A stretch of DNA of 40,166 bases, taken from positions 1 to 40,166 of the IMG/VR virus record IMGVR_UViG_3300005259_000072. One strand, written 5' to 3'. Below are positions 16,471-26,079 of this stretch, piece by piece. Source of the DNA: a virus (Duplodnaviria; Caudoviricetes). Position 1 is the stretch's first letter. Each line of letters begins with the position of its first letter. Both the position numbers and the translations under genes were made by a program. Under the pieces are notes generated by a model that saw nothing but the letters and a program-made list of their open reading frames with translations, had not been told where the DNA came from and did not search any database.

Positions 16471-18156
16471 ATGTCCAATCCCCTAATCCCCGATGAGGTA
16501 TCAGTAGTCAGCGAGTCTCTGGCGTCACGCTGGAACAGCCTTCACGCTGAACGCTCGGGGGTACTCAGCCGTGCAAGAGAGTGTGCGGCTTTAACCATAC
16601 CGGCTCTGTTGCCTCCCGAAGGTTTTACAGAAGCCCAGGAGTTGTACTCGCCTGCCTCCAGCTTTGGAGCGCATTGTGTAAGCAATCTGGCAAGTAAACT
16701 CCTGCTCTCCCTGTTCCCTCCTAATTCTCCGTTCTTCCGACTGCAAATGGATGAGGCAGTGATCCAGGGCCTTGAGCGTATGGATCAGCAACTCGCCAAG
16801 ATGGGTAAGGCTCCCACCAAAGGCATCCGTGCCTTGAGTGAGGAAGCTTTGTCCAAGCAGGAAAAGGTAATCATGAAGGCACTGGTTGCCAAAGCGTTCC
16901 GGCCTAAGCTCTTTCACGTGCTGAAGCTGTTGATTGCTACGGGTAACTGCGTCTTCTACGTACCTGAAAAGGACGCCGCCCGAGTCTACGGACTGAATAA
17001 CTTCGTAGTGAAACGAGGTGCTGACGGACGAATGCTGGAGTTGATTATAAAGGAGTCGATCACCTACGCCGCTCTCCCTGTCGATGTACAGAGAGAGTTA
17101 CAGGTGAAGGCCTTGATCGCTCCGAACGAAGCACCTGGCGGTGGCACTTATCAGGGGAAGACTCCGATAGAGCTATACACCCAGGTGCTGCTGACCAAGA
17201 AGGACAAGTACAAAGTCACGCAAATGGTTGGCAGCAATACACTGGTCAAGGGGGCGTCAGGCACTTACACTGCCTCCACGCTTCCCTGGCTGGTACTCCG
17301 ATGGGCTACGGTTGACGGCGAATCCTACGGACGTTCCCATGTAGAGGAGTGTATCGGAGACTTCCGTGCCCTGGAAAACTACTCGGTAGCCAACTCCCGC
17401 CTGGCAACGGCCTGTTCCAAGATCGTCCCTCTGGTCAATCCTAATTCGATGACTAAGGTGGACTCTCTGAATAAGGCCAAGCCGGGACAGTTCGTGCCTG
17501 GCAGAAAAGAGGACATCAGCTTTGTTCAGGTTGAGAAGATGCAGGACTTCACCGTCATCCAGAAGACACTGGAAGAGGTCAAGAGCGACCTCAAACGGGC
17601 CTTCCTGCTTAACTCTTCCGTATCCCGTCAGGCTGAACGGGTGACTGCTGAGGAAGTACGTACACTGGCCGGTGAATTGGAAGATCACCTTGGCGGGGTC
17701 TATTCGGTACTCTCTCAAGAGTTCCAGTTCCCGCTGATCTGCCTGGTATACGCCCAGCTCAAGAAGACTGGCGAGTTACCTGCACTGCCGGATAAAGACG
17801 TAACTCCGGTCATCACCACCGGCCTGGAAGCTCTGGGACGAGGTAACGATCTGAACCGTCTGATGGTCTTCGTCAGTACCATCTCCCAGATACCGAACGG
17901 CTTTGAGTGGCTGAATGTCAATGAACTGATTACCCGTGTAGGGACCAGTCAGAGCGTGGACATGGAAGGTCTGGTAAAGACTTCTGAACAGGTCACTCAG
18001 GAACAGGCATCCAAGGCGCAGGCGGCAAGTCAGCAAGGTCTGATGGCTGGCGTACAGCAAAGCATCCCGGCAGCAGTCGGGGCAGTAGCCCGTAATATGA
18101 CACCCGAACAGGCGGCACAGGCAGTCAGACAGATTGCCTCCGCAAAGAAACAGTAA
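16471..18156 (+). CDS. Portal / head-tail connector (gp8-like)
   Basis: ESYGRSHVEE, ERVTAEEVR, LGGVYSVLSQEFQ, TGLEALGRG. Confidence 0.97.
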   Translation: MSNPLIPDEVSVVSESLASRWNSLHAERSGVLSRARECAALTIPALLPPEGFTEAQELYSPASSFGAHCVSNLASKLLLSLFPPNSPFFRLQMDEAVIQGLERMDQQLAKMGKAPTKGIRALSEEALSKQEKVIMKALVAKAFRPKLFHVLKLLIATGNCVFYVPEKDAARVYGLNNFVVKRGADGRMLELIIKESITYAALPVDVQRELQVKALIAPNEAPGGGTYQGKTPIELYTQVLLTKKDKYKVTQMVGSNTLVKGASGTYTASTLPWLVLRWATVDGESYGRSHVEECIGDFRALENYSVANSRLATACSKIVPLVNPNSMTKVDSLNKAKPGQFVPGRKEDISFVQVEKMQDFTVIQKTLEEVKSDLKRAFLLNSSVSRQAERVTAEEVRTLAGELEDHLGGVYSVLSQEFQFPLICLVYAQLKKTGELPALPDKDVTPVITTGLEALGRGNDLNRLMVFVSTISQIPNGFEWLNVNELITRVGTSQSVDMEGLVKTSEQVTQEQASKAQAASQQGLMAGVQQSIPAAVGAVARNMTPEQAAQAVRQIASAKKQ

Positions 18157-18187
18157 GTAATCAATTAAGCAATCAAAGGATTTTTGA

Positions 18188-18439
18188 ATGGCAAAGAGTA
18201 ACAACACCGATGCTTCCAATGCCGAAGCGTCCAACACCGATAACACCAACGCTGGCACTACCGACATCACCGCCCTCACCAAGCTGACCACCGATCTGAT
18301 CGCTCAGGTCAATGATCTTCAGAGCCAGCTGGACAGCAAGAAAGCGGATGTAGTGGCAAGCACCAAGGGCTTTGTGAGCACTCTCAAGGTCTGCACCGCT
18401 ACCCTGAAGAACTGCTCCGAAGTCGTCAAGCCCAGCTAA
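18188..18439 (+). CDS. Small coiled-coil protein between portal and scaffold
   Basis: Shares a 17-nt initiation region with the capsid gene; heptad-like central segment. Confidence 0.65.
   Translation: MAKSNNTDASNAEASNTDNTNAGTTDITALTKLTTDLIAQVNDLQSQLDSKKADVVASTKGFVSTLKVCTATLKNCSEVVKPS
18369..18387 (+). promoter_or_regulatory. Putative phage RNAP promoter, copy 4 (phi9-like)
   Basis: GCTTTGTGAGCACTCT matches the core at 14 of 16 positions, about 65 nt upstream of the scaffold gene. Confidence 0.55.
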
Positions 18440-18448
18440 GGGATACCA

Positions 18449-19195
18449 ATGGACGGTATTATCCCCAACAGTAACAGCTCTGCTGCTCCGATCATCCCGC
18501 AGGCTGCTCCGGCAGTTCAACCGGTAATCCAACCGGCAGCGCAGACTCCGGCTCCGATCCTGGGTAAGTTCAACTCGGTCGAGGACCTGGCCAGGTCTTA
18601 TCAGGAACTGGAACGGAAACTCGGTTCGGGTCAGAACAATACTACCCAGGCCCAGCCTGCTCAGGTTCCAGCCGTTCCCGGCAACCTGGACATCTCCAAG
18701 TATGAGCAGGAATACGCTCAGATGGGTGGTTTGTCCGCTGCTTCCGTACAGGAGCTGGCTTCCCGAGGCATCTCCAAGGATGTCATTGACAACTACGTCA
18801 GTGCCCGTAAGACTGCTGCTGAAACCCAGACCTCTCAGGTACTGGCCGCAGTAGGTGGACGTGAAGCCTTTGACACGATGGCAAAATGGGCCTCCAGTGC
18901 CTTGAATGCCGAGGACAAACAGTCCCTCAACCGGATGCTTCAGAGCGGCGATAAAGCTATGGCTGAATGCGCTGCCCGTGAACTCCATCGGCGCTTTACT
19001 GACGCAAATGGTTCCGGTGCTAATCTGCTCCAGGGTGGCTCCCTGGCAACCGGCGGCGGCTTTGCTGATATCAAAGAAGCCCTGACCGCAATGTCCGATC
19101 CCCGCTACCGCACCGATGCTCAGTTCCAGAATGCCTTCATGGCCCGGCTGAACCGGTCGAATCTCGGTATCGTACAAAGCAACCGTCACCTCTAA
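18449..19195 (+). CDS. Capsid assembly scaffolding protein (gp9-like)
   Basis: GKFNSVEDLARSYQELERKL, VGGREAF, AMSDPRY. Confidence 0.92.
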   Translation: MDGIIPNSNSSAAPIIPQAAPAVQPVIQPAAQTPAPILGKFNSVEDLARSYQELERKLGSGQNNTTQAQPAQVPAVPGNLDISKYEQEYAQMGGLSAASVQELASRGISKDVIDNYVSARKTAAETQTSQVLAAVGGREAFDTMAKWASSALNAEDKQSLNRMLQSGDKAMAECAARELHRRFTDANGSGANLLQGGSLATGGGFADIKEALTAMSDPRYRTDAQFQNAFMARLNRSNLGIVQSNRHL

Positions 19196-19517
19196 CCAGG
19201 CTGACTGAGAAGGTGCAGTAAAGCGACTATGGGCGGTCCAAAGTACACGGGCTGCTTACGTCTACCTGCTGCATCATTCTCCAATCGGGATGTCCTCTGC
19301 CCGTATTCTATACCCCCACACTTCCCCGTCACCAGGTCATGCTGTCGGGTCTTCACCCTGCGCCTTCGAGGAGGCCGGACTGGAGGCAACCCTATAGCAG
19401 AGCCAGCGGGAGAGTCTGGAAGGAGAAAGGCAGAGGGCTTCCCTCCCTCGTTTTATCTCAACAAGTTTTTCATTGTTTCCCCCTTCATTTTAACTTAGAA
19501 AATACAAGGATTTTTGA

Positions 19518-20543
19518 ATGGCTGATTCTTTTACCCAGCTCGATGCTACTACGATGACTCACGGTATGGCTGTCAACGGCGCTTCGCCCTATAACGGTCT
19601 TACCCTCAAGCAGCTTCTCGGGCTGGAAATTCTGCTCTCCTTTCAGCGGAAGCAGGTAGTCTCCAACCAGGTACTTATCAAGAACATCAAAGGCGGTCAG
19701 ATGGGCCAGTTCCCGATCATGGGCCGTGCTCAGGGTCAGTACCACCAGACCGGTCAGCGTGTCGCCACCACCGGCATCAAGTACGCCGAACGGACCATCA
19801 CGGTCAATCGTCCGTACATCGCCAGTACCTTCTGCGATAACTTTGAAGAAGCGATTGCCCACTTCGACTCCCGTGCAGAACGTGCCGATGCCCTGGCTGA
19901 ACAGCTGGCCTACGTGCAGGAACTCCACACCATGATGATGCTGGCGAATGCCTCCCACGCCACCAAGGTTATCACCGATGCCGACCAGGTTAACGGTTCG
20001 TGGCTTGCCAATGACCAGTTTAAGGTTGCCAGCGGCGGCGCTGCTTCCGTTGAAGCCCAGGCGGCTGCTCTGGCCGAGGCCCTCTACAAGGCCAACGTCC
20101 TGATGGACAATGCCTTCGTGCCCCGTGACGGTCGTAAGATGGTCCTGAGGCCGGATGAGTACTCGGTACTGGCCCATGCGGTTCAGTCCTCCGGCTTCTC
20201 GGTCGTGAATACTCTCTATGGCGGCAAGGGCTCCATTGCGGAAGGCACCTGCCCCCGCCTTGACGGTACCGATCTGCTGTCCACTCCGCTGGTCCCGAAG
20301 CGGGTCTACACCAGTGCTGAGAACGACTTCACCTACTACAACGGTGACTACTCCAAGCTGATCGGCCTGGTCTTCCGGCGTGAAGCGGTGGGTAAGGTCC
20401 AGCTCTGGGAAGCTTCGGTTGAATCCGAATACCAGATTGAGTATCAGGGCAACCTGATCCTGGCGAAACAGGCTTACGGCCTCGGCGTTCTGCGGCCCGA
20501 ATGCTGCGTTGCGCTGGAACTGAGTACGCTGTCCAACAGCTAG
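19518..20543 (+). CDS. Major capsid protein (gp10-like)
   Basis: IKGGQMGQFP..GR, ERTIT, AYGLGVLRPECCV; 341 aa; follows scaffold. Confidence 0.95.
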   Translation: MADSFTQLDATTMTHGMAVNGASPYNGLTLKQLLGLEILLSFQRKQVVSNQVLIKNIKGGQMGQFPIMGRAQGQYHQTGQRVATTGIKYAERTITVNRPYIASTFCDNFEEAIAHFDSRAERADALAEQLAYVQELHTMMMLANASHATKVITDADQVNGSWLANDQFKVASGGAASVEAQAAALAEALYKANVLMDNAFVPRDGRKMVLRPDEYSVLAHAVQSSGFSVVNTLYGGKGSIAEGTCPRLDGTDLLSTPLVPKRVYTSAENDFTYYNGDYSKLIGLVFRREAVGKVQLWEASVESEYQIEYQGNLILAKQAYGLGVLRPECCVALELSTLSNS

Positions 20544-20568
20544 TCGGCTGACGGATATCCTACTACAT

Positions 20569-20601
20569 GCCCTGGGGAGGGAAACCTCCCTGGGGCTTTT
20601 T
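20569..20601 (+). terminator. Intrinsic terminator after the capsid gene (T-phi-like)
   Basis: GCCCTGGGGAGG-GAAA-CCTCCCTGGGGC, 12-bp stem, followed by TTTTT. Confidence 0.9.
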
Positions 20602-20632
20602 GCACTTCACATAATCAAAGGAGAATCTACAG

Positions 20633-21235
20633 GTGGAATTTACACCTACTACTGAGCTAGAGGCAGTCAACCGGCTGCTCGGCTATCTGGGTGAGGCTCC
20701 TGTCAATTCCCTCAACAGCGGCGTATCGGAGGCTGACCAGGCCCGTAAGGCGCTCTACTCGGCCTCACGAGAACTCCAGATGGGCGGCTTGCACTGCAAC
20801 CGGGAGAACGGCTACAAGCTTCTGCCGGACGATTCAGGCATCTTTAATCTCCCCGTCAACGTTCTCCAGGTCAAGATTGCAGATACCGAACAGGTCAGTG
20901 CCACGGTGCGAGGCTCCCGACTGTACAACCTGGACGACCACTGCTATACCTTTGCCGGGCACTCTTCCCTGCTGGCTGAAATCATTTTCTTCCTGCCTTT
21001 CGAGGAACTTCCCGAACCGGTACGGAACTATGTAACAGTCACGGCGGCAAGACGCTTCCTGGTGGCAACTCTGGGTACGGAGGAGCTTACTCAGGTTACA
21101 GCGGCAGACGAAATGAGAGCACGTAACGGGCTGATGGCTTATGAGTACAGTCAGAATGAATACAACTATCTGACTCCATATGAACAGTCTATGGCGGCAC
21201 GGCTGTCTGCCCCCGGAGGAGCGGCATGGGTCTGA
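20633..21235 (+). CDS. Tail tubular protein A (gp11-like)
   Basis: TTELEAVN..L...GEAPVNSL, FEELPE...YVT..AARRF. Confidence 0.93.
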   Translation: MEFTPTTELEAVNRLLGYLGEAPVNSLNSGVSEADQARKALYSASRELQMGGLHCNRENGYKLLPDDSGIFNLPVNVLQVKIADTEQVSATVRGSRLYNLDDHCYTFAGHSSLLAEIIFFLPFEELPEPVRNYVTVTAARRFLVATLGTEELTQVTAADEMRARNGLMAYEYSQNEYNYLTPYEQSMAARLSAPGGAAWV

Positions 21236-23559
21236 TCTCACGAGACATTCAAGGACTGTATAATGGGGTGTCTCAGCAGGCACCACCGCTCCGGCTGGCG
21301 AATCAGTGTGCCGAACAGATCAACTTCCACAGTACGGTAGCCAAGGGCCTGGAGAAGCGCCAGGGAACGCACTTTCAGTGGTTCTTCAGCGGCAGCAAGG
21401 CCACCGAAACGGTACGCACCCACTTCTTCAAGGACTCGGAAGGTAATGAGTACCTGATGCTGTTCACCGGGAACGCTGCCGAACCGATTGAAGTTTATAC
21501 GCTGGCCGGGGTGAAGTGTACGGTGACTTATGAAGGCTCCGCACTCAGCTACCTCAGCACTGCTACCGATCCGCAGGCGCATCTCCGCATCACTTCAATT
21601 GCCGATTACACTATGGTAGTGAATCGCAAGGTAACGTGCAAGATGAATACCAGCAGCACTGTAGCAACTCCGGCCCCCTTTGCGCTGTACTGGTGTAAGA
21701 AGGGTGTGAACTCCACTGCCTACTATCTGGGGTCGGGGAGCTGTACCACTGGAGACACTTCAACCACCACCGGCACTAATACCGCCAACGTGTGTTCGTC
21801 CCTGGCCGGTCAAGTCTCCGGCAGTACCTGGCTGAACGGCAGAGGCTCTGTGATCCGAATCACAGGCACCCAGAGTTACATTGATGGACTGACTTGCAGT
21901 GACTCCTACGGGAACCAGGCCAGCAGTCTGCTCAAGGGCAAGGTGAAGGCAGTGGAAGACCTGCCGCCGCTCGGACAGAATGGAGACATCTTTGAAGTAA
22001 CCGGAGAGAAGAGCGATGACTTCGCTAACTACTGGGTTAAGTTCGATGCCAGCGATAACCTGTGGCGGGAATGTCCCTCCTACGGTATCCCGAATGCCTT
22101 TGACGCCACCACGTTACCACATCAGCTGATCCGAACCGGAGCCACTGAGTTCCTGTTCCGGGCAGCGGTGGAGGATTCGACTAATGGCTACAAGGGCTGG
22201 GCAGAGCGCAAGGTGGGGGATGCAGACAGCGCCCCGGCACCATCCTTCATCGACTCCAACATTACCGACATTTTCTTCTATAAGAACCGGCTGGGTATCC
22301 TGACCGGACAGAACGTGATCCTGTCACGGGCCAATGACTTCTTTACCTTCTTCCCCGATACGGCGGTAGAGGTACTGGATACGGACCCGCTGGATATGAT
22401 CGTGGGAGGTAATGCGATGGAGGCGCTGCTCTGGGCTGTGCCTTTCAATGAGGACCTGCTGTTGTTCAGTAGATACGCTCAGTATGTACTCAGCAGTGGC
22501 TCTGACATCTTCAGCGCTACCAGCGTATCGGCTGGACTGGCTACCAGTTACCCTTGCTCGGAAACGTGCAGGCCGGTCAGTGTGGGGGCTGAGGTCTTCT
22601 TCTGTAGTGACAGCGGGGACTGGTCAACTGTCCGTGAATACTACACGGATAATACCACAGACATCAAAGATGCGGCAAACATTACAGCGCACTGCGATTC
22701 TTACGTCCCCAAAGGACTGATTAAGTCAGTTCCCCTGTTCAATCATGACATTACGTTCAACCTGTCAACGGAAGAACGGGAGTCTCTGTACATCTATAAG
22801 TGGTACTGGACCGGCAAGGATAAGCCGCAGTCGGCCTGGTATAAGTTCACGCTGCCTTACACCATCCTCAGCATGGAAAAGCAGAGCGATGAAAAGTTGC
22901 TGCTGCTGGGACAGAAGGACAACACAATCTTTCTGGAGACCCTTTCACTGGCCGGTAGAGATACCGTGCTGTTGGATCGGTATGCCGCACCTCAAAGTGT
23001 CACATATGATGCAGCCACCCGGACCAGCACGATCACGGTGCCATACAGTCACTCCGGACTGACACATGACCAGTGGGCGGCAGTACGACTGAGTGACACG
23101 GGGAAGGTCTTGCAGGCGGTACCGGTCAGTGCTGCCAGCGCCACTCAACTGACAGCGAATGGAGACTGGCGCAATTGCAATCTGGTGCTGGGGGTTCAGA
23201 TACCCAGCTCGTTTACCTTCAGCGAGTTCTTTGTACCCAGTCAGAAGGCTAACGCAGGGATGTTGCAGGGACGCTTACAGTTACGTACCCTTACCGTCAG
23301 CTATACCGACAGCGGAGGCTTTGAGCTACACGTGACTCCGAAGGCCCGTGATATCCAGAAGCATGTGTTCTCCAATGAAATCTTGGGAGCATCCTCGCTG
23401 AAGCAATTCACCCCGATGACCGGACGTAAGCGCTTCCTGCTGGGATGTGGAACGCAGGGCACAGTCATATCCCTGGTCAATAACGACTTCCTGCCCAGCA
23501 CCTTCGACAGTGCGGGATGGGAAGGAACCCTATACATAAGGAGTAGCCCTCTTGGCTAA
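21226..23559 (+). CDS. Tail tubular protein B / nozzle (gp12-like)
   Basis: GVSQQAP.LR, FFYKNRLG, GRLQLR; 777 aa. Confidence 0.93.
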   Translation: MGLISRDIQGLYNGVSQQAPPLRLANQCAEQINFHSTVAKGLEKRQGTHFQWFFSGSKATETVRTHFFKDSEGNEYLMLFTGNAAEPIEVYTLAGVKCTVTYEGSALSYLSTATDPQAHLRITSIADYTMVVNRKVTCKMNTSSTVATPAPFALYWCKKGVNSTAYYLGSGSCTTGDTSTTTGTNTANVCSSLAGQVSGSTWLNGRGSVIRITGTQSYIDGLTCSDSYGNQASSLLKGKVKAVEDLPPLGQNGDIFEVTGEKSDDFANYWVKFDASDNLWRECPSYGIPNAFDATTLPHQLIRTGATEFLFRAAVEDSTNGYKGWAERKVGDADSAPAPSFIDSNITDIFFYKNRLGILTGQNVILSRANDFFTFFPDTAVEVLDTDPLDMIVGGNAMEALLWAVPFNEDLLLFSRYAQYVLSSGSDIFSATSVSAGLATSYPCSETCRPVSVGAEVFFCSDSGDWSTVREYYTDNTTDIKDAANITAHCDSYVPKGLIKSVPLFNHDITFNLSTEERESLYIYKWYWTGKDKPQSAWYKFTLPYTILSMEKQSDEKLLLLGQKDNTIFLETLSLAGRDTVLLDRYAAPQSVTYDAATRTSTITVPYSHSGLTHDQWAAVRLSDTGKVLQAVPVSAASATQLTANGDWRNCNLVLGVQIPSSFTFSEFFVPSQKANAGMLQGRLQLRTLTVSYTDSGGFELHVTPKARDIQKHVFSNEILGASSLKQFTPMTGRKRFLLGCGTQGTVISLVNNDFLPSTFDSAGWEGTLYIRSSPLG

Positions 23560-25096
23560 CTTATATTTAAGCCGGACTACCTACGTCCCGGATGGAACTA
23601 CGAAAGTCTTTCCGGTATCCTTTCCGGTGAATACCGAGCTGTCCTCAGTTGAGGTTACACTGGACGGTGTGGCTGTTACCAGCGGCTTCACGTTTGACAG
23701 CTCCAGCAGTTCGGTGATCTTCACAGCGGCTCCTGTGGGAAGCATACTGGTGTTATCACGCAATACTAACCTGAGCAACGCTGTCACTAACTTCAATAAC
23801 GTGTCATGCCTGAATGAGGATGACCTCAACCTTGCTATTCAGCAGGTACTTCACAATCAGCAGGAACTGGCTGATAAGGCCACACTGTTGCGGGAACAGG
23901 CCTTGCGAGTGCCTGATACAGACCTGCGGATCGGCATCATTCCTAACAAGACCGCACGAAGCAATAAGCTCATGGGGTTTGATGTAAGTGGAGAGCCTCG
24001 GGTTGCTTCTGCTGAGGACTTCTTTAATAGTCAGGTATTGAACAATATTAAGGAAGAGACCGCAACATCCGCAACCAATGCGGCTAACTCAGCAAGCCAG
24101 GCGGCGACCAGTGCAACCAATGCAGCTAACTCTGCAAGTCAGGCAGCAAGCTCTGCAACTCAAGCAGCTGCTTCAGCAAGCCAGGCGGCGACCAGTGCAA
24201 CCAATGCAGCTAACTCTGCAAGTCAGGCAGCGTCCAACCTAACCACATTAGACAGTAAACTTCACCATCCCTGCTGTGGGCGGCTGACGCTTACCAGCGG
24301 TGATCCCGAGGGCAATACCAGTGTAACTGCCGGAACGACATTGTACTACAGCCCCTACAACGGTAATGATCTGGCACTATACGATGGCACCAAGTGGATT
24401 AATTACACGTTTGGCGAACTGCCTTTGGTGTTAACCGGGCTGGTCGCAAATACATTGTTCGACGTATTTGCGTACAACAACGCAGGTACTCCCACCCTAT
24501 CCGTTACCGCATGGAGTTCAGCCACTGTACGAGCAACGGAATTGATACGTCAAGACGGTGTATTAGTTAAGTCGGGAGGAACTGGATATCGGTATCTTGG
24601 TACAATTCGCACCACGGCAACCGCAGGAACATGTGCGGATAGCAAATATCAACGATTCGTATGGAATTATTATAACCGTATAAACACTCAGGGAGTTACC
24701 TATAACACCAATGCGTCTTGGACTTATGCCAGTTCCACATTCCGAGAATATAATGGCGGGACAGGACAAGTAAGATTTGAGTGGGTCAACGGATTTCCAT
24801 CTTATATAACGATTATAAACAACTGTCGGTCAAATAGCGGCTCCGATAATGCTTCCTATACTGGAATCTTCCTTAATGTGACTACGGGAACAGTGGCAAG
24901 CCTAGTGCTCACAGATACTCTTTACGGGTTCATGATGACAAACTCTAGTGGTCTTCCTAACCTAAAAACATTTGGAGCTGGATTAACTGCAATAGGTTAT
25001 AATTTTGCAACACAATTAGAGGCAATCAATGCCAATTCGACGGCGCTAACATCTTACGGCTTAATGTATAACGGAATTATTTTGCTTCAAAAATAG
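23552..25096 (+). CDS. Tail fibre with T7 gp17-type N-terminal adaptor
   Basis: DGTTKVFPVSF...LNEDDLN...QQE adaptor, Ala/Ser-rich stalk, more AT-rich distal domain; TTG start after AAGGAG. Confidence 0.85.
   Translation: MANLYLSRTTYVPDGTTKVFPVSFPVNTELSSVEVTLDGVAVTSGFTFDSSSSSVIFTAAPVGSILVLSRNTNLSNAVTNFNNVSCLNEDDLNLAIQQVLHNQQELADKATLLREQALRVPDTDLRIGIIPNKTARSNKLMGFDVSGEPRVASAEDFFNSQVLNNIKEETATSATNAANSASQAATSATNAANSASQAASSATQAAASASQAATSATNAANSASQAASNLTTLDSKLHHPCCGRLTLTSGDPEGNTSVTAGTTLYYSPYNGNDLALYDGTKWINYTFGELPLVLTGLVANTLFDVFAYNNAGTPTLSVTAWSSATVRATELIRQDGVLVKSGGTGYRYLGTIRTTATAGTCADSKYQRFVWNYYNRINTQGVTYNTNASWTYASSTFREYNGGTGQVRFEWVNGFPSYITIINNCRSNSGSDNASYTGIFLNVTTGTVASLVLTDTLYGFMMTNSSGLPNLKTFGAGLTAIGYNFATQLEAINANSTALTSYGLMYNGIILLQK
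24089..24231 (+). repeat. 59-bp exact direct repeat (84-bp period) in the fibre stalk
   Basis: 24089-24147 equals 24173-24231; encodes SASQAATSATNAANSASQA. Confidence 0.9.
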
Positions 25097-25108
25097 GAGA
25101 TTATTATT

Positions 25109-25615
25109 ATGACCTTATTAGACCTCCACGCCGCTATCGAGGCGGTTTGCCCGATTGTTTCGGTATGCCAGACCGCAGATAATCAGTACCTTGTTACCTA
25201 TGCCGATGATGCCAGCGACAGCCAGAAAGCCGAAGCACAGAGGATTATCAGTGCATTTAATCCGGCCTTAACCAGCCCTGCCGAGTTATGGTTGTCTGCG
25301 GAAAACTACTACACTGGAGCGGACGCACCCGATGCCTCACGCCTAGCCAAGAGTGAAACGGACGCATACTCTCTGGGAACCATGAACTACAAACGTAAGC
25401 AGGAAGGCAAGGACCCGGCAGGGGACTTAGTAATCAGCCCGGATAACTCCTACATGCTGGCAAATCTGGCATGGGGACAGACCATATGGGCTGAGTATCG
25501 CACCCGCCTTGCTCAACTCAAGGCAGGGACAGCGGTATCCACCGACTTCTCTGCACTGGGAGATAAACCCTACAGCTTCAGCCAGGTAATCGCTCATGAC
25601 ATGGCAACCACATAA
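25109..25615 (+). CDS. Probable tail fibre assembly/accessory protein
   Basis: Directly after the fibre with AGGAG RBS; call based on position only. Confidence 0.5.
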   Translation: MTLLDLHAAIEAVCPIVSVCQTADNQYLVTYADDASDSQKAEAQRIISAFNPALTSPAELWLSAENYYTGADAPDASRLAKSETDAYSLGTMNYKRKQEGKDPAGDLVISPDNSYMLANLAWGQTIWAEYRTRLAQLKAGTAVSTDFSALGDKPYSFSQVIAHDMATT

Positions 25616-26078
25616 GGACTACCAGATATTTCCGGTAGCCCCCGACACCCCGCTCTGGAAGGAAACAGCAGCGCTTCAGCTTTGTCCTGAGGATATTCAT
25701 GAGATGCAGGTGATGCACCCCGGCAGGGACTGGCAGGAGTTGCTGGAGAGTTCCATGAAGAGCTCGGTAGAGCTGTATGCCGCCAGAGACCTGAGGACCG
25801 GTAAGGTCTGTATGGTGTTCGGTCTGGGGGAACGCAAGGAATACATGGTCCCTTGGATGTTGTCTGATGGATCAGTCGGCAAGCGCATTCCCAAGAGCAT
25901 GATGAAAGTTACAAGATTTATGCTAAGAACCTGGACTCTTCGCTATGGGAAGCCTCTGCGCAATGCTGGTCTGAAGCATAATATTTTATGGCTTGAGCCG
26001 GTAGGATGTGTCCTGGAAGAGGACGGCCTCGGTCCTTGTACCATATTCACCTTTAACTCACAAAAAGGAGCATCTTAA
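25596..26078 (+). CDS. gp13-like (internal virion protein A / GNAT-like) protein
   Basis: L.PED..E...FG...PWML...WL...G pattern; precedes the gp14-16-like genes. Confidence 0.65.
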   Translation: MTWQPHKDYQIFPVAPDTPLWKETAALQLCPEDIHEMQVMHPGRDWQELLESSMKSSVELYAARDLRTGKVCMVFGLGERKEYMVPWMLSDGSVGKRIPKSMMKVTRFMLRTWTLRYGKPLRNAGLKHNILWLEPVGCVLEEDGLGPCTIFTFNSQKGAS

Positions 26079-26079
26079 C

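Noticed and set aside
19229-19557. 89-aa and 72-aa ORFs between scaffold and capsid
   Set aside because: No RBS and atypical composition; the region is better explained by RNA structure.
24400-25096. Diversity-generating retroelement target in the Asn-rich fibre tip
   Set aside because: No reverse transcriptase and no template repeat copy seen in the window.
25364-25372. GCATACTCT as a phi13-like promoter
   Set aside because: It matches only the 3' part of copy 2 and lacks the CTTTGT element shared by all five copies.
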